NCBI GenBank assembly: GCA_964592225.1
Contig: CAZQCO010000003.1
Coordinates: 15,200 to 79,199 of the forward strand
Length of the DNA: 64,000 bases
Reading direction: 5' to 3'
DNA from: an uncultured Bacteroidales bacterium
GTDB taxonomy: Bacteria; Bacteroidota; Bacteroidia; Bacteroidales; UBA10428
The translations under genes and the position numbers were made by a program. This document shows, in pieces, positions 10,021-19,797 of this stretch. Position 1 is the first letter of the stretch; every line of letters starts with the position of its first letter. The notes below the pieces were generated by a model. The model saw nothing but the letters and a program-made list of their open reading frames with translations. It had not been told where the DNA came from and searched no databases.

Positions 10021-11103
10021 TTGAAGATAAGTAGAGATATCAAGTTAGTGCTGGAAGATGGTACGGAATTTTATGGAAAATCTTTTGGATTTGAAAAATC
10101 TGTTTCAGGAGAAGTTGTTTTCAACACAGCGATGACTGGTTATCCTGAAAGTCTTACAGATCCTTCCTATAGGGGACAGATTCTAACATTAACCTATCCG
10201 ATAGTTGGTAATTATGGAGTGCCTGCCGCTGATATGGAAAATGGGATGCTTAAGTATTTTGAATCGAATGCATTACATATAACCGGACTTATTATTTCTG
10301 ATTACAGTAAAGATTACAGCCATTGGAATGCAAGTAAAAGTTTGGGGGCATGGCTAAAAGAGTTTCAGGTGCCCGGAATTTATGGCATTGATACACGAGA
10401 ACTTACTAAAATTCTTCGTGAAAAAGGTACTATGCTTGGAAAAATAATCTTTAACGAAGAAGATATACCACTTTATGATCCCAACAAGATCAATCTTGTT
10501 GATGAGGTAAGTATTAAAGAGAAGAAAATATTTGGTAATGGGAAATATAAAATTCTTTTAATTGATTGCGGTGTGAAGAATAATATTATACGAAACCTGA
10601 TCAAGCGTAATGTTACTGTAATTATGGTTCCGTGGGATTATGATATATCGAAGGAAAAATACGACGGGCTTTTTATTTCAAACGGACCTGGTGATCCGAA
10701 GCAATGCACCGCTACCATCAACAACCTAAAAGTAGCTTTCGACGGCAAACAGCCTATTTACGGGATTTGTTTAGGAAATCAGCTTATGGCACTTGCTTCG
10801 GGAGCCGATACCTACAAACTTAAATACGGTCACCGAAGTCATAATCAACCGGTTATTGAAAGCGGAACGAATAAAGCCTATATTACTTCACAAAATCATG
10901 GCTTTGCTACCGATAATAAAACCCTCTCGGGCGATTGGGAACCCTTATTTATTAATCTGAACGATGAAACAAACGAAGGTATCAGGCATAGATCAAAACC
11001 CTTTTTCTCTTCGCAATTTCATCCGGAAGCCTCCAGTGGTCCAACCGATACAGAATTTCTCTTCGACATGTTTATGGATACCGTAAAAAAATACGCTGGC
11101 TAA
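10021..11103 (+). CDS. carA: carbamoyl-phosphate synthase small (glutaminase) subunit
   Basis: The CPSase small-chain N-domain shows 'FNTAMTGYPESLTDPSYRGQIL'. The class-I GATase triad region shows 'GICLGNQL' and 'FSSQFHPE'. The start codon is TTG. Confidence 0.95.
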   Translation: MKISRDIKLVLEDGTEFYGKSFGFEKSVSGEVVFNTAMTGYPESLTDPSYRGQILTLTYPIVGNYGVPAADMENGMLKYFESNALHITGLIISDYSKDYSHWNASKSLGAWLKEFQVPGIYGIDTRELTKILREKGTMLGKIIFNEEDIPLYDPNKINLVDEVSIKEKKIFGNGKYKILLIDCGVKNNIIRNLIKRNVTVIMVPWDYDISKEKYDGLFISNGPGDPKQCTATINNLKVAFDGKQPIYGICLGNQLMALASGADTYKLKYGHRSHNQPVIESGTNKAYITSQNHGFATDNKTLSGDWEPLFINLNDETNEGIRHRSKPFFSSQFHPEASSGPTDTEFLFDMFMDTVKKYAG

Positions 11104-11149
11104 AGTAGGTGGCCAGCGCATACGAAATATGAATAGAAGTCGTAGGGAA

Positions 11150-11524
11150 TTAAGCAGCTTCAGCGTATTCTATATATCTGAAATCAGTTCTTAGTAGTAT
11201 GTCTTCGTAAATTTCAGCAGTTTCAACACTATCTTCATCACCTTCTTCAAAATACCAGTTTACTAATATTTCTTTTACTTTATTGTTAGCATCGAGATGA
11301 CGAAGCATTTCCATAATTTTCTTTGATGAAGATGTGTTAAAATATATCAAATTAATATCTAAGATTACTTTTGGAACGTCAAGCTGATCGACAAAGTCAA
11401 TTAACGGATTAAAAAATTGTGTGGCATTCTCTGGAATGGATCTTCCTTCCAATTTTAATCTCCCATCAATATTGAATTCTGCTAGAGGGAGAGAAGTGGT
11501 CGGTTCAATAAACAGTTTTTCCAT
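11150..11524 (-). CDS. DUF1987 / SiaC-like partner-switch phosphoprotein
   Basis: 124 aa. 'G.L.LEGRSIPENA..FF.P' and 'LIYFNTSSSKKIMEML' match the pattern I recall for Pseudomonas SiaC, including the phosphorylatable Thr in 'NTSS'. Confidence 0.6.
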   Translation of the reverse strand: MEKLFIEPTTSLPLAEFNIDGRLKLEGRSIPENATQFFNPLIDFVDQLDVPKVILDINLIYFNTSSSKKIMEMLRHLDANNKVKEILVNWYFEEGDEDSVETAEIYEDILLRTDFRYIEYAEAA

Positions 11525-11613
11525 TTTTTTATCTTTAACAGCAATTATTTTTATTATAAAATATTACGTTAGATGATGTTAATTGATAAGTAATTTTGAT
11601 CAATGGATAATAA

Positions 11614-12348
11614 ATGATGATTTTTATTATCAGATTAATGATCAATCAAATTATGGAAGGTGATAAAGATTTCAAAAAGAACTTGATTAATATTACTGCT
11701 GAAAAGACTATTCAAAATTGTTTGGATTCTTTCAAACTAGGTATAATTCAGGCAAATATAGTGTGCAAAGACTCAGCTGGTGAACTAATGGAATTTATGA
11801 ATGAATCGGTTTCCCGAGTGAAGGAGATATACGATCTTGAAAATATTAAATTAAATACAAATATTGCTGCTACAAGAGAAGCCTACCGGAAAATCGGTAA
11901 CGATCCTAACCGTTACCGACCAGCGGCCGATTCACTCATTCGGCGCATAGTAAAAGGACTTGGACTATATTCGGTAAATAATGCAGTAGATGTTCTTAAT
12001 CTGGTTTCCATTCATTCAGGTTATTCCGTATCAGGTTTCGATATATCAAAAATTCAGGGTGAGGTTTATTTTGGTATAGGTAAACAGGGAGAACCCTATA
12101 GAGGAATTGGCCGGGGAGAATTAAACATTCATAATTTACCAGTTTTACGCGATAGAATAGGAGCTTTTGGAACTCCAACAAGCGATTCGGAGCGAACAAT
12201 GATTACTCCGGAAACCCGGGAAATTGTATTTGTATTTTACGATTTTGATCTGTACAATTCATGTAGGGCAGCAATCGACTATTGTGAAAATCTTTTAATA
12301 CAATTTTGCGTGGCGTCAGATTTCGAAAAGGGAATGTTAAATTATTAA
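11614..12348 (+). CDS. B3/B4 (PheRS beta-subunit-like tRNA-binding) domain protein
   Basis: 'REAYRKIGNDPNRYRPAADSLIRRIVKG...NNAVDVLNLVSIHSGYSVSGFD' is typical of stand-alone B3/4 domain proteins. The start is uncertain; alternative Met codons run up to 11653. Confidence 0.65.
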   Translation: MMIFIIRLMINQIMEGDKDFKKNLINITAEKTIQNCLDSFKLGIIQANIVCKDSAGELMEFMNESVSRVKEIYDLENIKLNTNIAATREAYRKIGNDPNRYRPAADSLIRRIVKGLGLYSVNNAVDVLNLVSIHSGYSVSGFDISKIQGEVYFGIGKQGEPYRGIGRGELNIHNLPVLRDRIGAFGTPTSDSERTMITPETREIVFVFYDFDLYNSCRAAIDYCENLLIQFCVASDFEKGMLNY

Positions 12349-12703
12349 AGCAAGGAATGACCTTCCCTAATAGTATCAGCTTGGAGCAAATGTTATTAGA
12401 AATTATTTTTCGGGCTAGGTCTACAGAACAGGATTTATTAAGTTAGTTTCTGGTTAGAAGAAAAATGCTTTGCTTAACGAACTTCTTTAAGAGATATCCT
12501 TAGTAATATTTCATTAATGAGTAAATTAAGAGTTGCCATCCTTTTACTGTTTGTAATTTATTCCCTTCCGATCATTGCAGAAGTTGAAATAGTTGCAACC
12601 CGGGAACTGATTAAATGTCAATAATAAATTCTGGTTATTATAAATCTATTGACATAGGGGTGTCACTCCAGTAAATTATCTTGCAATATAAACTGCAAAA
12701 ACC

Positions 12704-13687
12704 ATGATTATACCGAATATTAAACCTTTTAATGAACAACACTGTGAAACTACTGCTACAGGAACCCTCTTAAATCAGTTGGGAATTTTCCTTTCGGAGC
12801 GTATGATTTTTGGGCTTGGAGAAGGTATTGGTTATATTATCTGGAAGATGAAAAATATGAAAGTTCCCTTTATCGGAGGAAGAACCAAACCGGATTTATT
12901 AACAGAAAACCTTATCCGGAATTTAAATTTAAAAATGAAGGTTCATGAAACTTCTTCCGAAACCAAAGCCTGGAAGATGTTAAAAGAAAAACTGGATCAG
13001 AAAATAATAGCAGGTTTGAAATTGGACTGCTAATATCTGGAATATTTCAACCATAAATTCCATTTTGCAGCTCATTATGTAGCTATGTATGGTTACGATT
13101 CTGAGTGGGCCTATCTTCTAGATACAAAGCAACAGGGAGGATTAGTAAAAACTTCATTAAAAAGCCTGGCTCTGGCACGAAACGAAAAGGGGCCTATGTC
13201 GTCGCGCAACAGGATGTATAGTATGAGTGCCAGTAAGAATTGTACTGAAATTGAAAAGGCCATACTACCTGCGATGCAAAGAAATGCTTTTAATTACCTG
13301 AATCCGCCAATACAAAACATAGGGTATAAAGGAATAATAAAAACAGCCTCGGAAATTAAAAAATGGTTCCAGGATAGGAATACGGCAACTGAATTTTGCA
13401 CAGTGGCTACCCTTATGGAAAAGGCAGGCACAGGAGGAGCTCTGTTTCGTAATCTTTACCGCGATTTTATTAAGGAGTCCTTTGAAATACTTGGGATCAA
13501 AGAATTTGAAAATATTTATTCTGATTTTTGTGTTGTAGCAGAACTGTGGACAAAAGTAGCATCCCTGTTTTTTAAGGCTGGAGAATCTGGAGAAGTCCGT
13601 TATATTAATGAAGCTTCAGATATTCTGCAAGAGCTTGCATTACTGGAAAAGGAGGCTATGATAAAAATTATGAATCTGGTAAAATAA
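12704..13687 (+). pseudogene. BtrH_N (C39/papain-like) + DUF4872 protein interrupted by a single in-frame TAA
   Basis: ORFs 12704-13033 and 13085-13687 are in the same frame. The 17 codons after the TAA at 13031-13033 are open ('DC*YLEYFNHKFHFAAHYVAMYGYD'). The Cys-containing N-terminal block 'HCETTATGTLL' and the His block 'AAHYVAMYGYD' fall on opposite sides of the stop. Confidence 0.6.
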
Positions 13688-13698
13688 TTTTTATCCGA

Positions 13699-16515
13699 CT
13701 AAGTAAACCATTTCTGTAATGCAACTTTTACTGCTTCGGTCTTAACGGGTTTGGTTATATAATCGTTCATACCGGATGTCATTGCATTATCCCTACCTGC
13801 TTTAGAAACAGTAGCCGTCATAGCAATTATGGGCATCTGGAATCCGAGTCCTCGTATTTCAACGGTGGCATCTATACCATCTTTTTCAGGCATCTGCAGA
13901 TCCATAAATATAATATCGTAATTTTTCTTTTTTACCATTTCAACTACTTCTTTGCCATCCATAGCGATATCGATTTCATAGCCCAGGCTGCGGAAGATAG
14001 TTTCGGCTACTTTCTGATTTATCTGATTATCTTCTGCAATTAGAATATTTAAGTCTTTCTGGAGGCTTGAGAAATGTTCTTTTTCAAGTTCTTTAATGGA
14101 AGGAAACCATTTGTGGAGATAATTTTTCAGGATATTCTGTTCAAAGGGTTCAATCATGTAATAATCAACCTGGGCTATTTTTGTCTGCACATAATTTTCC
14201 TGTTTGTGCTTGGAACTGATCAGTATTACACGATAGTTGTCATTAATTTTTTCATGAAATAGCTGCCGGGCTATCCAAAGGCCGTCCAGGTTCAGTTCAT
14301 CCATTATGAAAAGCAACTGGTACTCCTTCTGTTTCAACTGGTTTTTAATACTTTGGATAAGATCTTTATCTTCTTTCAGTATTAGTGAATCACTCATAAT
14401 ACCCAAATGATTCAGAAATCCCTCAATACGTTTCTTGGATGGGATATTCTGTGTAATAATAAAGGCATTTACGTTATCGAAACTTTTTATTTCATTGAAA
14501 TCTAAATCTTTATCCAATTCTTCGTTCGAGAATACTTCTATAGTGAAACAGAATTTTGATCCGGGATATTTTTTGTTTTTAGAAATACCTGAAGGACTCT
14601 CAACCCAAATTTCGCCATGCATTAAATTAACGAGTTGTTTTGAAATGGTTGTACCTAATCCTGATCCTCCAAATTTACGGGAAGTGCTGTAATCGGCCTG
14701 AGTAAATGAGCTGAAAATGCTTTCACAACGTTCTTTTGGAATACCCGATCCTGTGTCTGCTACTTCAAAAAGCAGGGTCAGGTTTCCATTATATTTTTCA
14801 TCGAGTTTTACCGTAATCTGAATTTCTCCTTCGTTGGTAAATTTCACGGCATTGCTGATTAGATTTGATAATACCTGGCGCAGGCGAAATGGATCTCCAA
14901 TAATATCATCGGGTATTTCAGGATCGATATTAATACTCAATTTAAGCTCTTTCTCTTTAACGATGGTATTGAAAAGGTCGAGAGAAATTTTCACCTCTTC
15001 GCTGATTCGGAACGGAATTTCTTCAAGTTGCATTTTTCCGGCTTCAATTTTCGAGTAATCCAGAATATCATCGATTAGATTAAGAAGGAGGTCAGCCGAT
15101 CGTTTTACAATTTCAATATATTCTTTTTGTTCCTGATTGAGATTATCCAGATTTAAGGCATCAGTCATCCCGATTATTCCATTCATAGGAGTACGGATCT
15201 CATGACTCATTTTGGCGAGAAACTCCGACTTGGCTGTATTCGATGCAGCTTCGTATTTCCTCGACTTTTCTATTGAAGTTATATCAATGAATGCATTAAG
15301 TGTGTATTCACGGTTATCAATAATATAAGGATTTTCTTTTCGGAAGAGAACTACTTCATTTCCTTCTTTTTCATATAAAATGAACTGGTTACTGTCATAG
15401 GCCGAAGGTTTCATTTTAATCTTAGGTTGACGATTTGCCAAAAGGAATTTTTCTGTTATAGCATTTCCGGTTTCTTCTTCACCTTCTTTTATCTGAAACA
15501 TCTCCCGGGTAATCTGATTGATATAATAGATTTTATTTTTTTCATTGGAGATCAAAATACCTATAGGAAGATTGTGAAGAAAGCCACGAAGCAGTGCAAG
15601 TTCTTTCTCAGCTATTTCGTTTTTTTTTACATATTTTCCCTGTTGAAATACCAATAGATACACAGTTAGCAGAAAGAGAAGAGTAGTTATAATAGCCATC
15701 AGTATTAATCGGGAAAATATTTTTTCAAAAAAATATGTATTATCAAAACTAAAAGCGAGCCCGAAATTATGATCAAGAACATTTATAGGTTTATAAACAG
15801 TAATTAATTGAGACGATACGGAATCACTTATAACCTGGTGACGAAGGATATTTTCATGATTGTTACGAAGATTTTGGAATATTTCATCGGTGTTTTCTAT
15901 CGTAACATTCTTACCGGGGAAATTGGTTGTATAACTTTCGTCTTCAGGATCAAAAACCCACTGGTAGCTGATCTCGTTAAGGTAAAATTTGTTTAACTCA
16001 TCCAAAATATATTCTGATAAATTAACCGAAACAACAATATTACCATAAACCTGATTTTCCTTGAAAACAGGAATATAGTAATGGTATTCGTTTTTAAGCA
16101 TTTTAATCTCTTCTTTATCTACAAGACTGCGTTGTCGGTGCGCAATATATTTATCAGTAATAAAATTTTTATCCTTAAACAGGTTAAATACATTTTTATT
16201 ATTATCGTATATATCGATATTTTTAATAAGATTACTGTAAGAGGAATAGAATAACTCCAGCTTTCGTAAAGATTGTGAGAGATCGGAATTCTCACTGAAT
16301 AACTCGGAAATATCGTCAGAGAACAAAATATAATTCAGATCGCTATCAAAACGTACTAAAACATTGTTGATAGTTGAGGAACATAATTCAGCTTGCTTGA
16401 AAAGTATATTTTTCTGATAATTAATCTGTTCTTTATATAAGCTTTTAAAAACAAAAATATTGGCTGCTAATAACAATATTCCTGCAACTGTAACTATTAG
16501 AAAAGATTTTTTCAT
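13699..16515 (-). CDS. hybrid sensor histidine kinase/response regulator (extracytoplasmic sensor, HisKA, HATPase, degenerate receiver, receiver)
   Basis: Contains the H-box 'SHEIRTPMNGIIGM' and the ATPase boxes 'NLISNAVKFT', 'DTGSGIP' and 'GGSGLGTTI'. The C-terminal receiver shows 'ILIAEDN...IIFMDLQMP...AMTA...ITKPV'. Two TM segments flank a ~250-aa N-terminal sensor region. Confidence 0.9.
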   Translation of the reverse strand: MKKSFLIVTVAGILLLAANIFVFKSLYKEQINYQKNILFKQAELCSSTINNVLVRFDSDLNYILFSDDISELFSENSDLSQSLRKLELFYSSYSNLIKNIDIYDNNKNVFNLFKDKNFITDKYIAHRQRSLVDKEEIKMLKNEYHYYIPVFKENQVYGNIVVSVNLSEYILDELNKFYLNEISYQWVFDPEDESYTTNFPGKNVTIENTDEIFQNLRNNHENILRHQVISDSVSSQLITVYKPINVLDHNFGLAFSFDNTYFFEKIFSRLILMAIITTLLFLLTVYLLVFQQGKYVKKNEIAEKELALLRGFLHNLPIGILISNEKNKIYYINQITREMFQIKEGEEETGNAITEKFLLANRQPKIKMKPSAYDSNQFILYEKEGNEVVLFRKENPYIIDNREYTLNAFIDITSIEKSRKYEAASNTAKSEFLAKMSHEIRTPMNGIIGMTDALNLDNLNQEQKEYIEIVKRSADLLLNLIDDILDYSKIEAGKMQLEEIPFRISEEVKISLDLFNTIVKEKELKLSINIDPEIPDDIIGDPFRLRQVLSNLISNAVKFTNEGEIQITVKLDEKYNGNLTLLFEVADTGSGIPKERCESIFSSFTQADYSTSRKFGGSGLGTTISKQLVNLMHGEIWVESPSGISKNKKYPGSKFCFTIEVFSNEELDKDLDFNEIKSFDNVNAFIITQNIPSKKRIEGFLNHLGIMSDSLILKEDKDLIQSIKNQLKQKEYQLLFIMDELNLDGLWIARQLFHEKINDNYRVILISSKHKQENYVQTKIAQVDYYMIEPFEQNILKNYLHKWFPSIKELEKEHFSSLQKDLNILIAEDNQINQKVAETIFRSLGYEIDIAMDGKEVVEMVKKKNYDIIFMDLQMPEKDGIDATVEIRGLGFQMPIIAMTATVSKAGRDNAMTSGMNDYITKPVKTEAVKVALQKWFT

Positions 16516-16683
16516 TGTATACTTTTGCTCTTGAAAAGGAGTGATTATAAACTAGTCGACTAATATAAAATAAAAGTAGGGTTATTAAAAATATACGATT
16601 GTCATTTCCTGTTAATAAAAGACAAAAGTTATTATCGACAATTCTTCCATAGGTTTAGCTGTGCTATGCTAATGTAAAATGGA

Positions 16684-17604
16684 TTAGCGATATTTTGATC
16701 CCTCATCAGTCATAATATTAACATAACTCTTGTATCGTGAATATCCAATATGTCCGTCTTTTACTGCTTCGATGACAGCACAACCGGGTTCGTGCAAATG
16801 GGTACAATTATAAAATTTACAGTCTTTTGAAATACGGAATATTTCCTGAAAATAAAGACCTATTTCTTCCTTTTTCATATCAATGAGTCCGAAACCTTTA
16901 ATTCCCGGTGAATCAATAATATATGTATCTTCATCTAATTGAAAAATTTCAGAGAACGTAGTGGTGTGTTTACCCACATGATGATAATCGGATATATCTT
17001 CTATTTTCAGATTAAAAGAGGGGGCAATAGCATTGATGAACGAACTCTTACCCACGCCCGAGTTTCCTGCTATGAGGGACATTTTTCCTTTCATTAATGC
17101 ATAAGACTGTTGTACATTTATATTCTCAGTAACAGATAATTCCAGACATGTATAACCGGCCTTACTATAGGTCGATTTAAATTCATCCAGTTTTACATCA
17201 TCCTCTTTTTTAAGTAAATCGATCTTATTAATTAATATAATACTTTCAATATGATAGGCTTCTGCAGTTATTAGTAAACGGTCAATAAATTCAAAAGGGG
17301 AAGTAGGATATTTCAGACTAACCATAACTATTGCCTGATCGATGTTGGCAGCAAGCAGATGAGCCTCCTTGTTGAATCGGGTAGAACGACGAATAATATA
17401 GTTTTTACGTTCATCAATATTGCTAATAAGGCCGTTACCGTCTTCCATTATTTCATAATCAACCTTGTCTCCAACCGTAATGGGATTTGTAGTCACAATA
17501 TCCCTGGTCCGGAATTTGCCTTTTATTCTGCAACGTATTATATTACCTTTATTTTGAACCAGGTACCAGCTACCGGTCGATTTAATCACTAATCCTTTAT
17601 CCAT
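16684..17604 (-). CDS. rsgA: ribosome small-subunit-dependent GTPase A
   Basis: P-loop 'GNSGVGKSSFINA' and Zn-knuckle 'CKFYNCTHLHEPGCAV' are present. I prefer the internal ATG (MDKGLVIKSTG...) at 17604 over the track start at 17640. Confidence 0.9.
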   Translation of the reverse strand: MDKGLVIKSTGSWYLVQNKGNIIRCRIKGKFRTRDIVTTNPITVGDKVDYEIMEDGNGLISNIDERKNYIIRRSTRFNKEAHLLAANIDQAIVMVSLKYPTSPFEFIDRLLITAEAYHIESIILINKIDLLKKEDDVKLDEFKSTYSKAGYTCLELSVTENINVQQSYALMKGKMSLIAGNSGVGKSSFINAIAPSFNLKIEDISDYHHVGKHTTTFSEIFQLDEDTYIIDSPGIKGFGLIDMKKEEIGLYFQEIFRISKDCKFYNCTHLHEPGCAVIEAVKDGHIGYSRYKSYVNIMTDEGSKYR

Positions 17605-17688
17605 AGCGAAGTATGCAATAACAATACGAATGTAAGGCATTAATCGTATTTTAGCTCAAATTAATATGTCTTCTATATATGATTTACT

Positions 17689-18459
17689 ATGAGCCTACGT
17701 ATTCTATCATACAATGTCAATGGCGTAAGAGCTGCGCTTAATAAAGGATTGGCAATATGGATAAAGAGCGATTCGCCGGATATTATATGTATTCAGGAAA
17801 CTAAAGCCGGACCGGCACAAATTGATATTGCCTTATTTGAACATCTGGGATATCAGGTATACATTCATTCTGCAGTTAAGAAAGGATACAGCGGTGTTAT
17901 GACTCTTGTTAAAAATAAGCCTGAAAGCGTAGCTACAGGAATGGGATTAGAGAAATATGATTTGGAAGGGAGGGTGCTGAGAACTGATTTTCCTGATTTT
18001 ACCCTGATTAATGTATATATTCCAAGTGGCACCACAGGCGATATTCGCCAGGATTTCAAAATGGAATTCCTGGCCGATTTCATGACATTTATTCAAAAAC
18101 TCAGGAAGGAAAAAAAGAATCTGTTGATTTGTGGCGATTATAATATTTGCCATAAACCTATCGATATTAATCATCCGGAAAGACATCAGAAATCATCCGG
18201 TTTTTTGCCTGAAGAAAGAGCCTGGTTTGATACATTTATCAGCGATGGATTCATTGACACATTTCGTATATTCAATTCTGAACCGGAACAATACAGCTGG
18301 TGGAGCTATCGTGCCAATTCGAGAGAAAAAAATCTGGGGTGGCGCATTGATTACCATATTGTAACGAAAGAACTAGAACCGCATGTCATTAAAGCTGAAA
18401 TTCTTAGTGACATTAAGCATTCCGATCATTGTCCTGTTATGGTAACACTTGATTTTTAA
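17689..18459 (+). CDS. xth: exodeoxyribonuclease III (AP endonuclease)
   Basis: ExoIII family blocks are present: 'LRILSYNVNG', 'ICIQETK', 'CGDYNI', 'SDHCPVMV'. Confidence 0.9.
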   Translation: MSLRILSYNVNGVRAALNKGLAIWIKSDSPDIICIQETKAGPAQIDIALFEHLGYQVYIHSAVKKGYSGVMTLVKNKPESVATGMGLEKYDLEGRVLRTDFPDFTLINVYIPSGTTGDIRQDFKMEFLADFMTFIQKLRKEKKNLLICGDYNICHKPIDINHPERHQKSSGFLPEERAWFDTFISDGFIDTFRIFNSEPEQYSWWSYRANSREKNLGWRIDYHIVTKELEPHVIKAEILSDIKHSDHCPVMVTLDF

Positions 18460-18466
18460 GCTGAAA

Positions 18467-19348
18467 ATGAAGAAACAAAATCCGGGAAACAGGATATTGT
18501 TCATAGGTCTGAACACAATTGACATGCAATATCTGGTTGGACATTACCCGGAGACAAATACCAAGACAAAGGCAATACAGCACAAAATTTATGCCGGTGG
18601 TCCGGCAACCAATGCGGCCATTACTTGCACTTTTCTTGGCAGTGAAGTTGATTTACTTACTCCCATAGGCAAACATATTTTTTCACAATTCATAATTGAT
18701 AATGTTGAAGAATCTGGTGTATGTATTATTGATCCCATTACAAATCAACCTGGTTATCCTGTCGTATCAAGTATTATTACTTCGCAGGAGAATGGTGAAA
18801 GAACAGTTTTTTACTATCAGCCCAAAGTGAAAAGTGAAATGGTTTTTAGGTCAAATCAGGATTTGAAGAAATATAAAATAGTCATGTTTGATGGTTTCTA
18901 TCCTCATCTGGCAATTCCTATAGCAAAAATATGCCGGCAATATGGAATTACTACTGTTCTTGATGGTGGTAGCTGGAAACAAGATATCAGCGAATTATTT
19001 TACTATATTGATATTGCTATTTGTAGCAACGATTTTAATGCCCCGGGAAGTAAAACACCGTCAGATATCTTCAGTTACCTGCATGAACAGGGAGTTGAGT
19101 ATATTGCAATTACCAGGGGAGAAAAAAGTATTCTTTATTCGCATCAGAATGTCACAGGAGAAATACAGATCGATCCGGTTGAAATCATTGATACACTCGG
19201 AGCAGGAGATGTTTTTCATGGAGCGTTCTGTCATTATTACGGATCGGGAAAAAACCTCATCGAATCGCTGCATCTGGCATCAAAAGTGGCAGGTGAATCA
19301 TGCAAGACATTTGGTACACGACAGTGGATGAAAGACTTTACAAAATAA
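18467..19348 (+). CDS. PfkB/ribokinase-family sugar kinase
   Basis: 'GGPATNAA' and the PfkB signature 'DTLGAGDVFHGAF' are present. The start is moved to the ATG at 18467 (MKKQNPG...) to avoid overlap with xth. The substrate is unknown. Confidence 0.8.
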   Translation: MKKQNPGNRILFIGLNTIDMQYLVGHYPETNTKTKAIQHKIYAGGPATNAAITCTFLGSEVDLLTPIGKHIFSQFIIDNVEESGVCIIDPITNQPGYPVVSSIITSQENGERTVFYYQPKVKSEMVFRSNQDLKKYKIVMFDGFYPHLAIPIAKICRQYGITTVLDGGSWKQDISELFYYIDIAICSNDFNAPGSKTPSDIFSYLHEQGVEYIAITRGEKSILYSHQNVTGEIQIDPVEIIDTLGAGDVFHGAFCHYYGSGKNLIESLHLASKVAGESCKTFGTRQWMKDFTK

Positions 19349-19399
19349 TTCCGGGATGAATACAAATCATGACTTAATTTTGCAAAAACCTTTATAGTT

Positions 19400-19777
19400 G
19401 TGAGAACTATCCGACAAAAACATCACATTCCGGCAACACCGCAGGAGGTCTATCTGGCCCTTACTAATGCATTTACTATCGAGTTGTGGTCAGGCTATCC
19501 GGCAGAAATGTCAACCGAAGCAGGCAGCGAATTTTCTCTGTTTGATGGAGATATAGTCGGAAAAAACCTGGAATTTAAAGAAAATGAACTAATACGTCAG
19601 CAATGGTATTTTGAGGGAGAAACGGAGAAATCGGTGGTTACTATTGGCTTAATTCCCGAAAAGAAAAATACGGTAATTGAATTGCTGCATACTCATGTTC
19701 CCGATGAGGTATATGAAGAAATGGTTGATGGATGGAAAAAATTTTACTTTGGATCATTAAAGCAATTTTTCAAGTAA
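19400..19777 (+). CDS. SRPBCC/AHSA1-like small protein
   Basis: 125 aa with a GTG start. Size and the pattern 'IPATPQEVYLALTN...W...' fit START/AHSA1-like proteins, but this is a weak by-eye assignment. Confidence 0.5.
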   Translation: MRTIRQKHHIPATPQEVYLALTNAFTIELWSGYPAEMSTEAGSEFSLFDGDIVGKNLEFKENELIRQQWYFEGETEKSVVTIGLIPEKKNTVIELLHTHVPDEVYEEMVDGWKKFYFGSLKQFFK

Positions 19778-19797
19778 TAAATAGTAATTATCAGATA

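Noticed and set aside
12517-12624. 35-codon ORF (MSKLRVAILLLFVIYSLPIIAEVEIVATRELIKCQ) upstream of the BtrH-like gene, considered as a possible precursor peptide
   Set aside because: It has a signal-peptide-like N-terminus, but I have no conservation, RBS or promoter evidence. ORFs of this size are expected by chance in AT-rich spacers.
13031-13033. In-frame TAA as a sign of stop-codon reassignment
   Set aside because: TAA terminates other well-defined genes in the window at the expected positions (for example queA at 3301-3303 and the ftsX fragment at 401-403). A genome-wide recoding is therefore not supported.
18942-19331. 129-aa same-strand, alternative-frame ORF inside the PfkB kinase gene
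   Set aside because: The PfkB frame carries the family signature (DTLGAGDVFHGAF). The overlapping frame has no features and no independent start context.
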